In this document: positions 26,662-35,707 of the stretch, piece by piece
How the letters are laid out: every line of letters starts with the position of its first letter
Numbering within the stretch: position 1 is the stretch's first letter
Program-made: the position numbers and the translations under genes
Notes under the pieces: generated by a model
Told to the model about the DNA's origin: nothing
The model's input: only the letters and a program-made list of their open reading frames with translations
The model's database searches: none
Assembly: GCA_036338595.1 (NCBI GenBank)
Contig: JAYZBV010000102.1
Span: forward strand, 1 to 42,312
Length of the DNA stretch: 42,312 nt
Source: Planctomycetota bacterium
GTDB lineage: Bacteria > Planctomycetota > UBA8108 > UBA1146
Reading direction: 5' to 3'

Positions 26662-29252
26662 TGTGGGTCTCCCTTCAGTGTCTCGACGGTCCACGGTAGG
26701 ATTCGGCCTGCAGTCGAGCGGCGTAGCTCGCTCACCTTCTGCGGATCGATGGGGTCGCCCGCATGGCCCCACTGGCGTCGGGCCCAGGTCAACACCGCGG
26801 CGATGCCCTCATCATCGAGCAGCGGGTTCTCGCGGTGTCCCGGCATCGTGATGTCCCACGTTTCCCCGTCGACTTCCACCGGGCCGGTGAGCCCATCGAG
26901 AACCAGGCGGATGGGAATACTCTCCTCACCCAGCAGCCAGCGGCTGTCGATCAACGACGGCCCGAGCCCGGGTTGCCCCTTACCCGACGGGCCATGACAG
27001 AGTGCACAGGAGGAGGCGAACGCCACCGCACCCCGACTGGCGAGTCGGCGCTGGGATTCGGTCCATGGCGTGACTTCGGGCAACGACGAGGGATCGAAGG
27101 TGAGGCGGGTGATGATGGCCTGCGCATCCTCAGTCACTGCAGCGGGTAGATCCTCTCGCTCCAGTACTGGCGGGATGATGGCGAGCACCGGCGCCTTCCA
27201 GCGCTTGTCAGCCGCGGTCACCTGGATACCCCCGAGAATCGCGGCAAGGCGCGGATCGGAAGATTCGAGATCATCGAGCGAGTCGAGCAACAAGCCGAGA
27301 GAGGAGGGGTGGGAACGCAGTGCGGATCGGGTGGTTTCCTTGAGCAGAGCTTCGCGGCCCTCGAAAGGGTCGATGTGGTTGCCGAGAAAACGTCCGATCC
27401 GCTCGATCTGGTAATTCTTCCAGCCGCTCAGTGCCGCCATGCGGATGTTGGCGTTGGTTCCATCTCGTCGGAGGATGTCGAGCATCGCAGCGAGGGCGTC
27501 GGGGTGGTCGGGGAAGCTTCCGAGTGCCATGACTCGGTGAATCTTTTCGATCTCGGAGAGTTGAGCCGTGTTGGCAGCGAGAGCCGCGACCAGTGGGGCT
27601 ACTTCGGCTTCAGCGATCGGCGTGGGTTCGGCGATGATCCGACAGGCGGTACGGCGAACCAGTTCTTGATGATCCTGGAGAGCGCTGGTGAGGAGTTCGC
27701 CATCCAGTGCCCCCAGTCCACTCAGAGTCCAGAGCGCATGGAGTCGCCCGGTCGCCATCGAGTCGATGGAGCTGGCGAGTTGCTTCAATTCATTCACCGG
27801 TGCCGAACTTCCCGCCTCGACCAGCAGCCGCTGCGCCGTATCACGGACCCAGCCGACCGGATGGTCGAGTGCCCGGATGCGCCCCGCTTCCCCGGACAGC
27901 AACCCCAGTGGTTCGATCTGGGCCTGTTCGTCATCGGCGACGATTCGCCAGATTCTGCCGAGGCCGATGGGCTGTTCCAGTTTTCGCTCCTCGACCTGCT
28001 TGCGTAGATACGAGGTGACGAACTGGCGGTGCTGGACGACGCCGCGATAGATGTCGACAACGTACAGGTTGCCATCGGGGCCGACCTCGACATCGACGGG
28101 TCGGAATCGTTCATCGGTGGAGGCGAGGAATGCCTGCTTGACATACTGGTCGTGGGGGAAGGTCAACTGCTCCCCCGTGAGCCTTGCGCCCTGCTCCTGC
28201 ATCCTGAATGCGCCGACCAGATTACCTGTGGTCTCGGCGACGAAGGCAACGCCATTCCAGTCATCACCCCAGCGATGGCTGCGGAAGATGGTCAGGCCGG
28301 CGGCGGATGTGTTGCGACGCAGTCGTCCATCCTCCCTCAGCATGCCCGGCTGGTACCCGCGGTTGATTCCGGTATTCATCCGCACCGGCCAGGTCGACTC
28401 GTCGGTGATGACCCGATGACCGGAGCGACCCGGTTGCCCCACCGGTTTGCCGCAATTGGGATTACGAAGCAGCAATTCGGTGGGCAGTGGATCGCACTGT
28501 ACCCAGGTCGAGTTGTGATTGAAGAAGAGCCGTCCGAGGTCGTCCTGAGCGAGGCCCCACTGGCCGCGGAAGGCTGTGGTAGCCATCTCGATGGTCGGTT
28601 TTCCATCGACCACATCGAAACGAAATCTGCGTCTGCTCTTTGAATTGTAGTACCAGTTGTCGACGGTGCGAAGCAGTGCACTTTCTGTGTGCTCCACCAC
28701 ATCGGGATTGGCATCGCCGTAACGTGCCACTTCTGTTCTCAGGTCAGAACGAAGATCGCCGTCGAGATCTCGGCAGTACCACAGATGCGGCGGTTCGGCG
28801 ATCAGCACTCCACCCTCGACGATGGAGATGGCGCGTGGGCTGACCAGGCCGTCGAGAAACACGGTGCTCTGCTCGTAGCGACCGTCCCCATCGAGGTCTT
28901 CCAGTACCACGACCTGCCCCAGGGGATCCGTCTCGCCATCGCCATCGACGGTTCTCATGTAGGCTCGAAGTTCCACGGCCCACAGGCGCCCCTTCTCATC
29001 CCAGGCGATGGCGATGGGATCGACCACGTGTGGCTCACAGGCAGCCAGTTCGACATGAAAACCGGGGGCGACCTGGAAGGACGCGAGCGCCTGCTCGGGA
29101 GAGAGCACCGGAGCCGGTGGAACATCCCACTGTCGCCAGTTCTCATTCTGTGTTTCGCCGGATCGATCGCCGTTTTGACCCGGCAGCGTTGGTCCAGTCA
29201 GAACCAACACGGCCATCCAGCAGCACGAAAGAAACTTGTGGGGAATGCTCAT
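26658..29252 (-). CDS. PVC-type membrane-bound dehydrogenase domain (beta-propeller) + HEAT-like repeats + cytochrome c protein
   Basis: 'SPEQALASFQVAPGFHVELAACEP..VDPIAIAWDEKGRLW', 'FRPVDVEVGPDGNLYVVD', 'RIWRI', heme motif CALCH, 'TMPG'. Start placed at MSIPHK. Confidence 0.88.
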   Translation of the reverse strand: MSIPHKFLSCCWMAVLVLTGPTLPGQNGDRSGETQNENWRQWDVPPAPVLSPEQALASFQVAPGFHVELAACEPHVVDPIAIAWDEKGRLWAVELRAYMRTVDGDGETDPLGQVVVLEDLDGDGRYEQSTVFLDGLVSPRAISIVEGGVLIAEPPHLWYCRDLDGDLRSDLRTEVARYGDANPDVVEHTESALLRTVDNWYYNSKSRRRFRFDVVDGKPTIEMATTAFRGQWGLAQDDLGRLFFNHNSTWVQCDPLPTELLLRNPNCGKPVGQPGRSGHRVITDESTWPVRMNTGINRGYQPGMLREDGRLRRNTSAAGLTIFRSHRWGDDWNGVAFVAETTGNLVGAFRMQEQGARLTGEQLTFPHDQYVKQAFLASTDERFRPVDVEVGPDGNLYVVDIYRGVVQHRQFVTSYLRKQVEERKLEQPIGLGRIWRIVADDEQAQIEPLGLLSGEAGRIRALDHPVGWVRDTAQRLLVEAGSSAPVNELKQLASSIDSMATGRLHALWTLSGLGALDGELLTSALQDHQELVRRTACRIIAEPTPIAEAEVAPLVAALAANTAQLSEIEKIHRVMALGSFPDHPDALAAMLDILRRDGTNANIRMAALSGWKNYQIERIGRFLGNHIDPFEGREALLKETTRSALRSHPSSLGLLLDSLDDLESSDPRLAAILGGIQVTAADKRWKAPVLAIIPPVLEREDLPAAVTEDAQAIITRLTFDPSSLPEVTPWTESQRRLASRGAVAFASSCALCHGPSGKGQPGLGPSLIDSRWLLGEESIPIRLVLDGLTGPVEVDGETWDITMPGHRENPLLDDEGIAAVLTWARRQWGHAGDPIDPQKVSELRRSTAGRILPWTVETLKGDPQ

Positions 29253-29257
29253 CGAGG

Positions 29258-29593
29258 TCAGTCCTTCGCCGGCGGGGTCGATTTCCCTGTCAACTTTCGG
29301 AAGCCCTCCTGGATGATGAAGAGTGGGCCGATCAGCAGGAATCTTGGATCCTTCATGAAGGATGGTTTGTTTCCCTCGATTCCGTGGCCGATGAACTGGA
29401 GGATCCAGCCACCGACGAACAGACCGACACCCCATTGCCAGTTGAAGAAGACCACGACGAGCGAGGCGACGATGGCGGGGATCCCTATGAAGTGGGTGAG
29501 GTGGTTGAGCGGGTGGTTGTGGTCAGCGCGGTAGCGATCGATCCATTTGCTGACGGCGCCTGGACCATCCGGCGATGGTGCTGCTTCGGGCAT
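29258..29593 (-). CDS. DUF962 / Mpo1-like membrane protein
   Basis: 'Y..DHNHPLNHLTHFIGIP', 'GWILQFIGHGIEGNKPSF'. GGAGG precedes ATG 29593. Confidence 0.88.
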   Translation of the reverse strand: MPEAAPSPDGPGAVSKWIDRYRADHNHPLNHLTHFIGIPAIVASLVVVFFNWQWGVGLFVGGWILQFIGHGIEGNKPSFMKDPRFLLIGPLFIIQEGFRKLTGKSTPPAKD

Positions 29594-29730
29594 CTCGAAC
29601 CTCCGTCGAGATTGTCCATCCATTTCGGTTCGGGTTCCATCTTCACTTCCATCTACAGGGCCGACTTGCGCCCCTGCGGTGAGGGGGCGATGCTGGACGC
29701 TGCCGGGGACGATTTCCGGTCTGGAGGGCC

Positions 29731-30678
29731 ATGGCAGTTCCATTTTTCACAGGGCTGGATCTCGGTGGAACCGAGGTGAAGGTCGGGCTCTGCAGCGCCA
29801 CCGGGGAAGTCGTCTGGTCAGATCGACGTCCCAGTGGCGCACATCTGGGTCAGGAAGCGATCCTCCAGGCGCTTTCCGAGGCGGTCGATGGAGCGCTCCT
29901 CGAGGCGAAGAGCAGAGGCGGGTCCGTGGCGGCCATCGGACTCGGGACACCGGGGGTGGTCGATCCGGGAAGCGGCATCATCCTGCATCCTGTTGCAAAC
30001 CTGGGCGGCTGGCACGGCACCGATATCGTCGGGTTCTTTCGTGATCGATACCAGGTTCCCGCCGTCGTCGAGAATGATGCCAACTCGGCCGCATGGGGCG
30101 AATACTCGACAGGTGCAGGTCAGGGTGCTCGCATTCTGCTGGCCGCCACCGTCGGCACCGGAATCGGTGGTGGGGCGGTCATCGACGGCGAGTTGCTGAG
30201 GGGAACTTCCGGAGGGGCGATGGAACTGGGACACATCGTGCTGGAGCGAGCGGGCTTGCCCTGCAATTGCGGTCTCGTCGGTTGCGTGGAGGCCTACGCC
30301 GGCGGCTGGGGGATGGCTGCAGAGTGGGCTCGCAGAAGATCCATCGAAGACGCACCCACGGTGTCCGAGTTGATCGGGGCAGGTCTGGATGGAGATGAAC
30401 TGGCGAACGAGGTGCTGGACGATGGTGCGCGTGCGCTGGGATCGGGCATGATGAGTGCGCTGCATCTGCTCAATCCGGATGTGGTCGTCATCGGTGGTGG
30501 AATCATCGATGCACGTCCTCGACATCTGGAATTGATCGAGGAGACGCTTCGATCAAAGGTGTTACCGAAGGCTGTGGCCAGTCTGAAGGTGGTACAAGCT
30601 CAGCACGGCAATCGCGCCGGCCTGATCGGAGCTGCGATGTGTGCAGAAAAGGCCGTCCGTGAAGGGAACTGCGGATGA
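29731..30678 (+). CDS. ROK family sugar kinase (probable GlcNAc/glucose kinase)
   Basis: 'GLDLGGT', 'ENDANSAAWGE', 'GTGIGGG', 'ELGH', Zn motif CNCG..GCVE. Confidence 0.92.
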   Translation: MAVPFFTGLDLGGTEVKVGLCSATGEVVWSDRRPSGAHLGQEAILQALSEAVDGALLEAKSRGGSVAAIGLGTPGVVDPGSGIILHPVANLGGWHGTDIVGFFRDRYQVPAVVENDANSAAWGEYSTGAGQGARILLAATVGTGIGGGAVIDGELLRGTSGGAMELGHIVLERAGLPCNCGLVGCVEAYAGGWGMAAEWARRRSIEDAPTVSELIGAGLDGDELANEVLDDGARALGSGMMSALHLLNPDVVVIGGGIIDARPRHLELIEETLRSKVLPKAVASLKVVQAQHGNRAGLIGAAMCAEKAVREGNCG

Positions 30679-31868
30679 GCAACCCCGAGGATTCTCTCGA
30701 TCGGATCGTTCTCAGAGATATAGAGGCTGTGCTGCCCGATCGGGTACTGCGAGCAGATCTGGTGATCGAAGGTGCCGTCATCGTGGCTCTGGCAGCACCC
30801 GGAACCGCCACGGGAGATGAGATCTGGGATCTCGGCGGTCGCAGGGTCACCCCCGGACTGATCGATGCGCACATCCACGGCGCACACGGCACCGACTTCA
30901 CCAGTGGGGATGCAGAGACGATCGCCTCCTGTGCCGAGGATCTGGCAGCACGAGGGATCACTACCATCTATCCGACCATCATCCCTGGCAGCGAGCAGCA
31001 GATGCTCTCTGCCATCCGGGAGTGCTTGCGAGCGAGTGAACTGAGTCCCTCCATCCTCGGCATTCATCTCGAGGGCCCTTTCGTATCAACTGGCCGGATG
31101 GGAGCGTTGCCGGAGGCGGGTATCCATTCCTGGGATGAATCACTGTTCGGAAGATTGGTAGAGGCGGGCTCGGGACAACTGAGGATCATGACCTTCGCAC
31201 CCGAGGAGATTCCACTCAAGGCGCAGGAGAAGTTCAGCCTGGTCGGAGTTCGTGGATCGATCGGTCACACCTGTGCCGATGCGAATCAGACAAATGCTGC
31301 CATCGCTGCAGGAGCCAGAAGATGTACGCACCTGTGCAATGCCATGGCACCGATCCATCATCGTGATCCTGGACCGGTAACAGCATTGCTTCTCGATGAT
31401 CGAGTGCGCTGCGAGGTGATCCTCGATGGACATCACCTCGACGATGAAACCGTACGGATGGCTCTTCGAAGGAAGGGGGCAGGTGGCTTGATGGCGGTCA
31501 GCGATGCGATGCCGCTGGCAGGGTTGGGAGTGTCGTCGGGAGCTTTCTGTGGTCAGGAAGTCTGTTCCGATGGTTCGCGAGCGACTCTCAAGGATGGAAC
31601 CCTTGCAGGCAGTGTGACGCTCTTGCCCGCAGCGCTTGCTCGAACTGCCGGTGAACTCGGATTGGATGACTCACTGATCTCTGCCATCGGCTCAGCTAAC
31701 GCTGCAGATGATCTCGCTCTTCCGAGGCGCGGCAAGATTCAGTCAGGCTTTCGAGCGGATCTGGTCATCCACGACAAGGACGGGGAGGCCACGGTGCTCA
31801 GGGGAGGAGTATCCGTGCAGGATCCTGCGGGACCGCGTCTTCCAGATGAGATGGAGAGGATCCAATGA
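30675..31868 (+). CDS. nagA: N-acetylglucosamine-6-phosphate deacetylase
   Basis: 'PGLIDAHIHG', 'GIHLEGPF', 'GHT', 'THLCNAM', 'DGHH', 'VSDAM', 'LAGS'. Confidence 0.92.
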   Translation: MSNPEDSLDRIVLRDIEAVLPDRVLRADLVIEGAVIVALAAPGTATGDEIWDLGGRRVTPGLIDAHIHGAHGTDFTSGDAETIASCAEDLAARGITTIYPTIIPGSEQQMLSAIRECLRASELSPSILGIHLEGPFVSTGRMGALPEAGIHSWDESLFGRLVEAGSGQLRIMTFAPEEIPLKAQEKFSLVGVRGSIGHTCADANQTNAAIAAGARRCTHLCNAMAPIHHRDPGPVTALLLDDRVRCEVILDGHHLDDETVRMALRRKGAGGLMAVSDAMPLAGLGVSSGAFCGQEVCSDGSRATLKDGTLAGSVTLLPAALARTAGELGLDDSLISAIGSANAADDLALPRRGKIQSGFRADLVIHDKDGEATVLRGGVSVQDPAGPRLPDEMERIQ

Positions 31869-33319
31869 CCGTCGACCAACTCACGGATGCTGCCGAGATG
31901 CTGGCGCGAATCACGCCCAGGGGAACATGGTGTAGTTTACGGGTCGTTCGCAACATCGAGGAGTCTTACTCGGTACGTGACGATGTCTTGCTACCGCCGT
32001 CGAACTCTGAAGACAGCGGCGCCATGGTCACCGTCGTCGATGGCGCAGGTCTGGGGCTCGCAGCCACCAGCGATCTCACAATCGGTGGGCTGTATCAGGC
32101 GGCTCGAGTCGCCCAGGAGTGGGCGCGCGCCACCGGCAGTCAGGGTGTGACGGATTTTTCGACAGCTCCAAGGCCCCGGAGTTCTGGCCAGTGGACTCAT
32201 GCCATCGCCGAGCCGTGGCAGGATGTATCGAAGGGGCAGATCATCGATCGGGTTCGCGCTGCCTGCGGCAAGATGAAGACCGATGATCGAATCGTGCAGA
32301 GGACCGCATCGGTGAAGAGAGTGCGAACCGAGACGACCATCGTGACCAGCGATGGGATCCGGATCGAGCAATCCCACGATCGAGTGATTCCATGGATGCA
32401 AGTGGTGGCCACAGACGGTGAGGATGTTCAGAAGCGAACCAATGGTGGCCGTAGCGATGCGCAACTGGGCGGCTACGAGGTGCTCGATCGAACCGGATTC
32501 GACGACCTGCCCGCGTCGATTGCCGCCGATGCGATCGAAACCCTGTTGTCTCCCATCTGCCCCACAGGCGTGATGGATGCGGTGATCGGCCCGGCACAGA
32601 TGGTCTTGCAGGTGCACGAGTCGATCGGCCACGCCCTCGAACTCGATCGGATCCTCGGAGATGAGCGGAATTATGCAGGCACCAGTTTCGTCAAGACCGA
32701 TGACTTTGGCAGCCTCCGATGGGGTCCAGAAATCCTCAATGTGGTCATCGATCCGACCATCGAGGGAGAGGTTTGCAGCGCAGGATTTGACGATGATGGA
32801 CTGCCTGCAACAAAGACTCACCTGATCGAAAGAGGTCTGCTGGTGCGTGGCATCGGCGGAGCGCTCAGTGCGCAGCGGATGTCCCGTGCCGAGGATGCGA
32901 TCGCGGTCTCGCGAGCGTGTTCCTGGAATCGTCCACCGATAGACCGCATGGCAAATCTCAACGTCGAACCGGGTCAGACCAGTCTTGAGGAGCTGATTGG
33001 AGGCGTCGAGAAGGGCGTCTGGCTCGATGTGAACTCATCCTGGTCGATCGACGACCACCGCTGGAAGTTTCAGTTCGGAGTCGAGGATGCGAGATTGATC
33101 GAGAATGGCGAACTGGGGGGAAGGGTCAAGGACGCGGGGTACCGCAGCACCACGACACCCTTCTGGAGGTCGCTCGATGCAGTGGGTGATTCGGATACCT
33201 GGCAGGTGCGAGGGACTCCCAACTGTGGCAAGGGGGAGCCGAACCAGATGGTCTTCGTCGGACATGCCATGCCTGCGTGTCGCTTTCGAGGTCTCGAGGT
33301 GTTTGGTCGGGAGGGCTAG
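31865..33319 (+). CDS. tldD: TldD metalloprotease
   Basis: 'HESIGHALELDRILGDERNYAGTSF', 'PIDRMANLN', C-terminal 'CGKGEPNQ'. Confidence 0.93.
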   Translation: MTVDQLTDAAEMLARITPRGTWCSLRVVRNIEESYSVRDDVLLPPSNSEDSGAMVTVVDGAGLGLAATSDLTIGGLYQAARVAQEWARATGSQGVTDFSTAPRPRSSGQWTHAIAEPWQDVSKGQIIDRVRAACGKMKTDDRIVQRTASVKRVRTETTIVTSDGIRIEQSHDRVIPWMQVVATDGEDVQKRTNGGRSDAQLGGYEVLDRTGFDDLPASIAADAIETLLSPICPTGVMDAVIGPAQMVLQVHESIGHALELDRILGDERNYAGTSFVKTDDFGSLRWGPEILNVVIDPTIEGEVCSAGFDDDGLPATKTHLIERGLLVRGIGGALSAQRMSRAEDAIAVSRACSWNRPPIDRMANLNVEPGQTSLEELIGGVEKGVWLDVNSSWSIDDHRWKFQFGVEDARLIENGELGGRVKDAGYRSTTTPFWRSLDAVGDSDTWQVRGTPNCGKGEPNQMVFVGHAMPACRFRGLEVFGREG

Positions 33320-34642
33320 ATGCAGTCCTGGTTTCACGATATTGCGGATCACGCAGAATCTGTCACGGGCGCGGGAGAAGAGATCTCTCTCGGGCTTGCG
33401 GCCGAGATCACCGGATTCGCAAGAATCTCATCGGGGCGTGTCCGGCAGAGCGGATCGGTCGAGCAGCGACATCTCTTCATCGCATTGCGAAAGGACGGCC
33501 GCGAGGTGTGCTCGGGTCTGATGCTTTCCGGTTCCCTGGCGGCAGATAAGGAGCCGCTGCGAGCGACCATCTCGAACCTGTCTGAAATGGTCTCCCAGTT
33601 GCCGAAGGATCCCCATCTACCTCGGTTGCCCGAGGCGATCCGAGATGAGCACCGGGGCGATGGGCAGATCCCGGACCCTCAACAGGTGATCGCATCGCTG
33701 GCGGGGGAGGCTGCTGATCTGGAAACGTGTGGAATCGCCATCACGGGCACGATCTATCGAGCCGCTGCATCCAGCACCGGGTTGCGTCGCTGGTACGAAG
33801 CTCCTCGAACGGTGATCGACGGGTCGATGCACCTTCGGGGCGGTGGAGCGACGAAGTGGGCGTGGGCGGGAGAGAGCTGGGATCCGATCAGTGCCGACAG
33901 GCGACGGCAACACGCCCATTCGATGGCCGAGATCCTGGCTCGTCCCGTCGAAACACCACCTGTCGGGAAGTACCGTGCATGGCTGGAGCCTGCCGCGGTA
34001 GAGGATCTATTCGGACCGGTGCTCTGGTCTGGTGCTTTTTCAGCGCGTGCGATCCACACGGGAGCCAGCCCCCTGGCGCCGCTCTACGATCAGACGCAAC
34101 TCGATCCGCGCGTCGTCATTCGCGACAACCCCGGTGCCATCGGCGCTCCTGCATTCAACGCAAGTGGCCACACGATTCCGGCGCCGGTGGAACTGGTCAC
34201 CTCAGGGGCAGGTCGAGGCCAGCTGATCAGTCCGAGGACCGCCATGGAATTGGGTCTCGAACAGAACGGTGCGTCTGCCGCCGAGATGCCTGGGTGTCTC
34301 GAGATGGGGCCCGGGACCATCGATCCGGAGACTTCCCACGAGCAGGTCGGCGATGGCTTGTGGCTGTCGCACGTTCACTACACCAACCTGGCTGCGCGCG
34401 AGGGTGCGCGGATCACCGGGGTCACGCGCTGGATCGCACTCAGGGTCAAAGATGGCAGCCCCGTGGCTCCCATCGGTACGGTGCGCATCGATGATTCTCT
34501 GATCCGTCTGCTGGGAGAAGGGCTGGTCGATCTGGGATCCAGAACGGAGGTCCTGCCCGATCTATCGACCTATCGCCAGCGAAGTCCATCCGGTTCGAAA
34601 TTGCCCGGTATCCTGGTCGAAGACCTGCGAGTCGTGGGCTAG
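33320..34642 (+). CDS. TldE/PmbA family protein
   Basis: Directly follows tldD. 'GKYRAWLEPAAV', 'LWLSHVHYTN', 'ITGVTR'. No HExxxH motif, as expected for the non-catalytic partner. Confidence 0.85.
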   Translation: MQSWFHDIADHAESVTGAGEEISLGLAAEITGFARISSGRVRQSGSVEQRHLFIALRKDGREVCSGLMLSGSLAADKEPLRATISNLSEMVSQLPKDPHLPRLPEAIRDEHRGDGQIPDPQQVIASLAGEAADLETCGIAITGTIYRAAASSTGLRRWYEAPRTVIDGSMHLRGGGATKWAWAGESWDPISADRRRQHAHSMAEILARPVETPPVGKYRAWLEPAAVEDLFGPVLWSGAFSARAIHTGASPLAPLYDQTQLDPRVVIRDNPGAIGAPAFNASGHTIPAPVELVTSGAGRGQLISPRTAMELGLEQNGASAAEMPGCLEMGPGTIDPETSHEQVGDGLWLSHVHYTNLAAREGARITGVTRWIALRVKDGSPVAPIGTVRIDDSLIRLLGEGLVDLGSRTEVLPDLSTYRQRSPSGSKLPGILVEDLRVVG

Positions 34643-34669
34643 TTGTTGCGGACCACGATCGGTCCCGGC

Positions 34670-35707
34670 TCAGATCCTGAAACTGTCGTTGATCCGCTCG
34701 AGAACTCCGTTAGCGGGTCGTAACTCCTGTTGAGTCAGCATCGAGAGTGGTTTTTCCGTGATCCCGGTAGAAGCCGACAGAGACTTTGCTTCGACATCGA
34801 TGTGGATCAGCCCGGTCAGCACCTCGCCCTTGTTCCGTGTCCGCTGGATTGCATCGAATGAGGCATTGCGGTCGGTGGGGTCGAAATCGTGCTCCAGTTT
34901 CCTCAGCAGTATCTTCGAACCGTCGTGGAGAGTGACTTCCTGTAGCTCTCCTTGCTCGTATTCGATGTCGATGGGCTCCTGAGGGCTGACATAGTAGGGG
35001 TCGTGAAAGGTGACTCCCATTTCCTTCTGATGAGTGTAGGACTTTGTTGAGCGTTCATGATTATTGAAGGTGACGCAGGGAGAGATGACATCGATGAAGG
35101 AGAGTCCGTCGAAGGAGAGTGCCGCCTTCAGCAATGGAACCAGTTGCTTCTTGTCACCACTGAAGGAGCGACTGACAAAGGTCGCACCCAGTTCCAGCGC
35201 CAGTCCACAAAGATCGATCGATTCCTCGCGCGGGTAGGCGCCTCGTTTGGACGGGCTTTGACGATCTGCGGTGGCTGAAAACTGTCCCTTGGTCAGGCCG
35301 TAGACGCCGTTGTTCTCGACGATGTAGACCATCTTTGGATTGCGCCGCAGGATGTGAACGAACTGGCCCATTCCGATGCTCGCGGAATCACCATCGCCAC
35401 TGACTCCGATCGGTGTCATCGAGGTGTTGGCGATGTGGGCTCCCGTGGCAAAACTGGGCATCCGGCCATGGGTAGAGTTGAGGCCCATCGCATTACCGAG
35501 GAAGTATGCCGGGGTCTTGGAACTGCAACCGATGCCACTCATCTTCAAGATGTTCGTGGCGTCGAGTCCAAGGTCGTAGGAAGCCTGGATGATCGCCTCC
35601 GAGATGCGGTCATGACCGCAACCCTTACACATCGTCGAAGGACCACCCTTGTAATCGGATTTGGTCAATCCGAGGGCATTTGTCGCTGGTTTCTTGTCTT
35701 CGCTCAT
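34670..35707 (-). CDS. korB: 2-oxoacid:ferredoxin oxidoreductase beta subunit
   Basis: 'CKGCGH', 'SGIGCSSK', 'HGRMP', TPP motif 'GDGD...NNGVYGLTKGQ', 'SPCVTFN'. Confidence 0.93.
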   Translation of the reverse strand: MSEDKKPATNALGLTKSDYKGGPSTMCKGCGHDRISEAIIQASYDLGLDATNILKMSGIGCSSKTPAYFLGNAMGLNSTHGRMPSFATGAHIANTSMTPIGVSGDGDSASIGMGQFVHILRRNPKMVYIVENNGVYGLTKGQFSATADRQSPSKRGAYPREESIDLCGLALELGATFVSRSFSGDKKQLVPLLKAALSFDGLSFIDVISPCVTFNNHERSTKSYTHQKEMGVTFHDPYYVSPQEPIDIEYEQGELQEVTLHDGSKILLRKLEHDFDPTDRNASFDAIQRTRNKGEVLTGLIHIDVEAKSLSASTGITEKPLSMLTQQELRPANGVLERINDSFRI

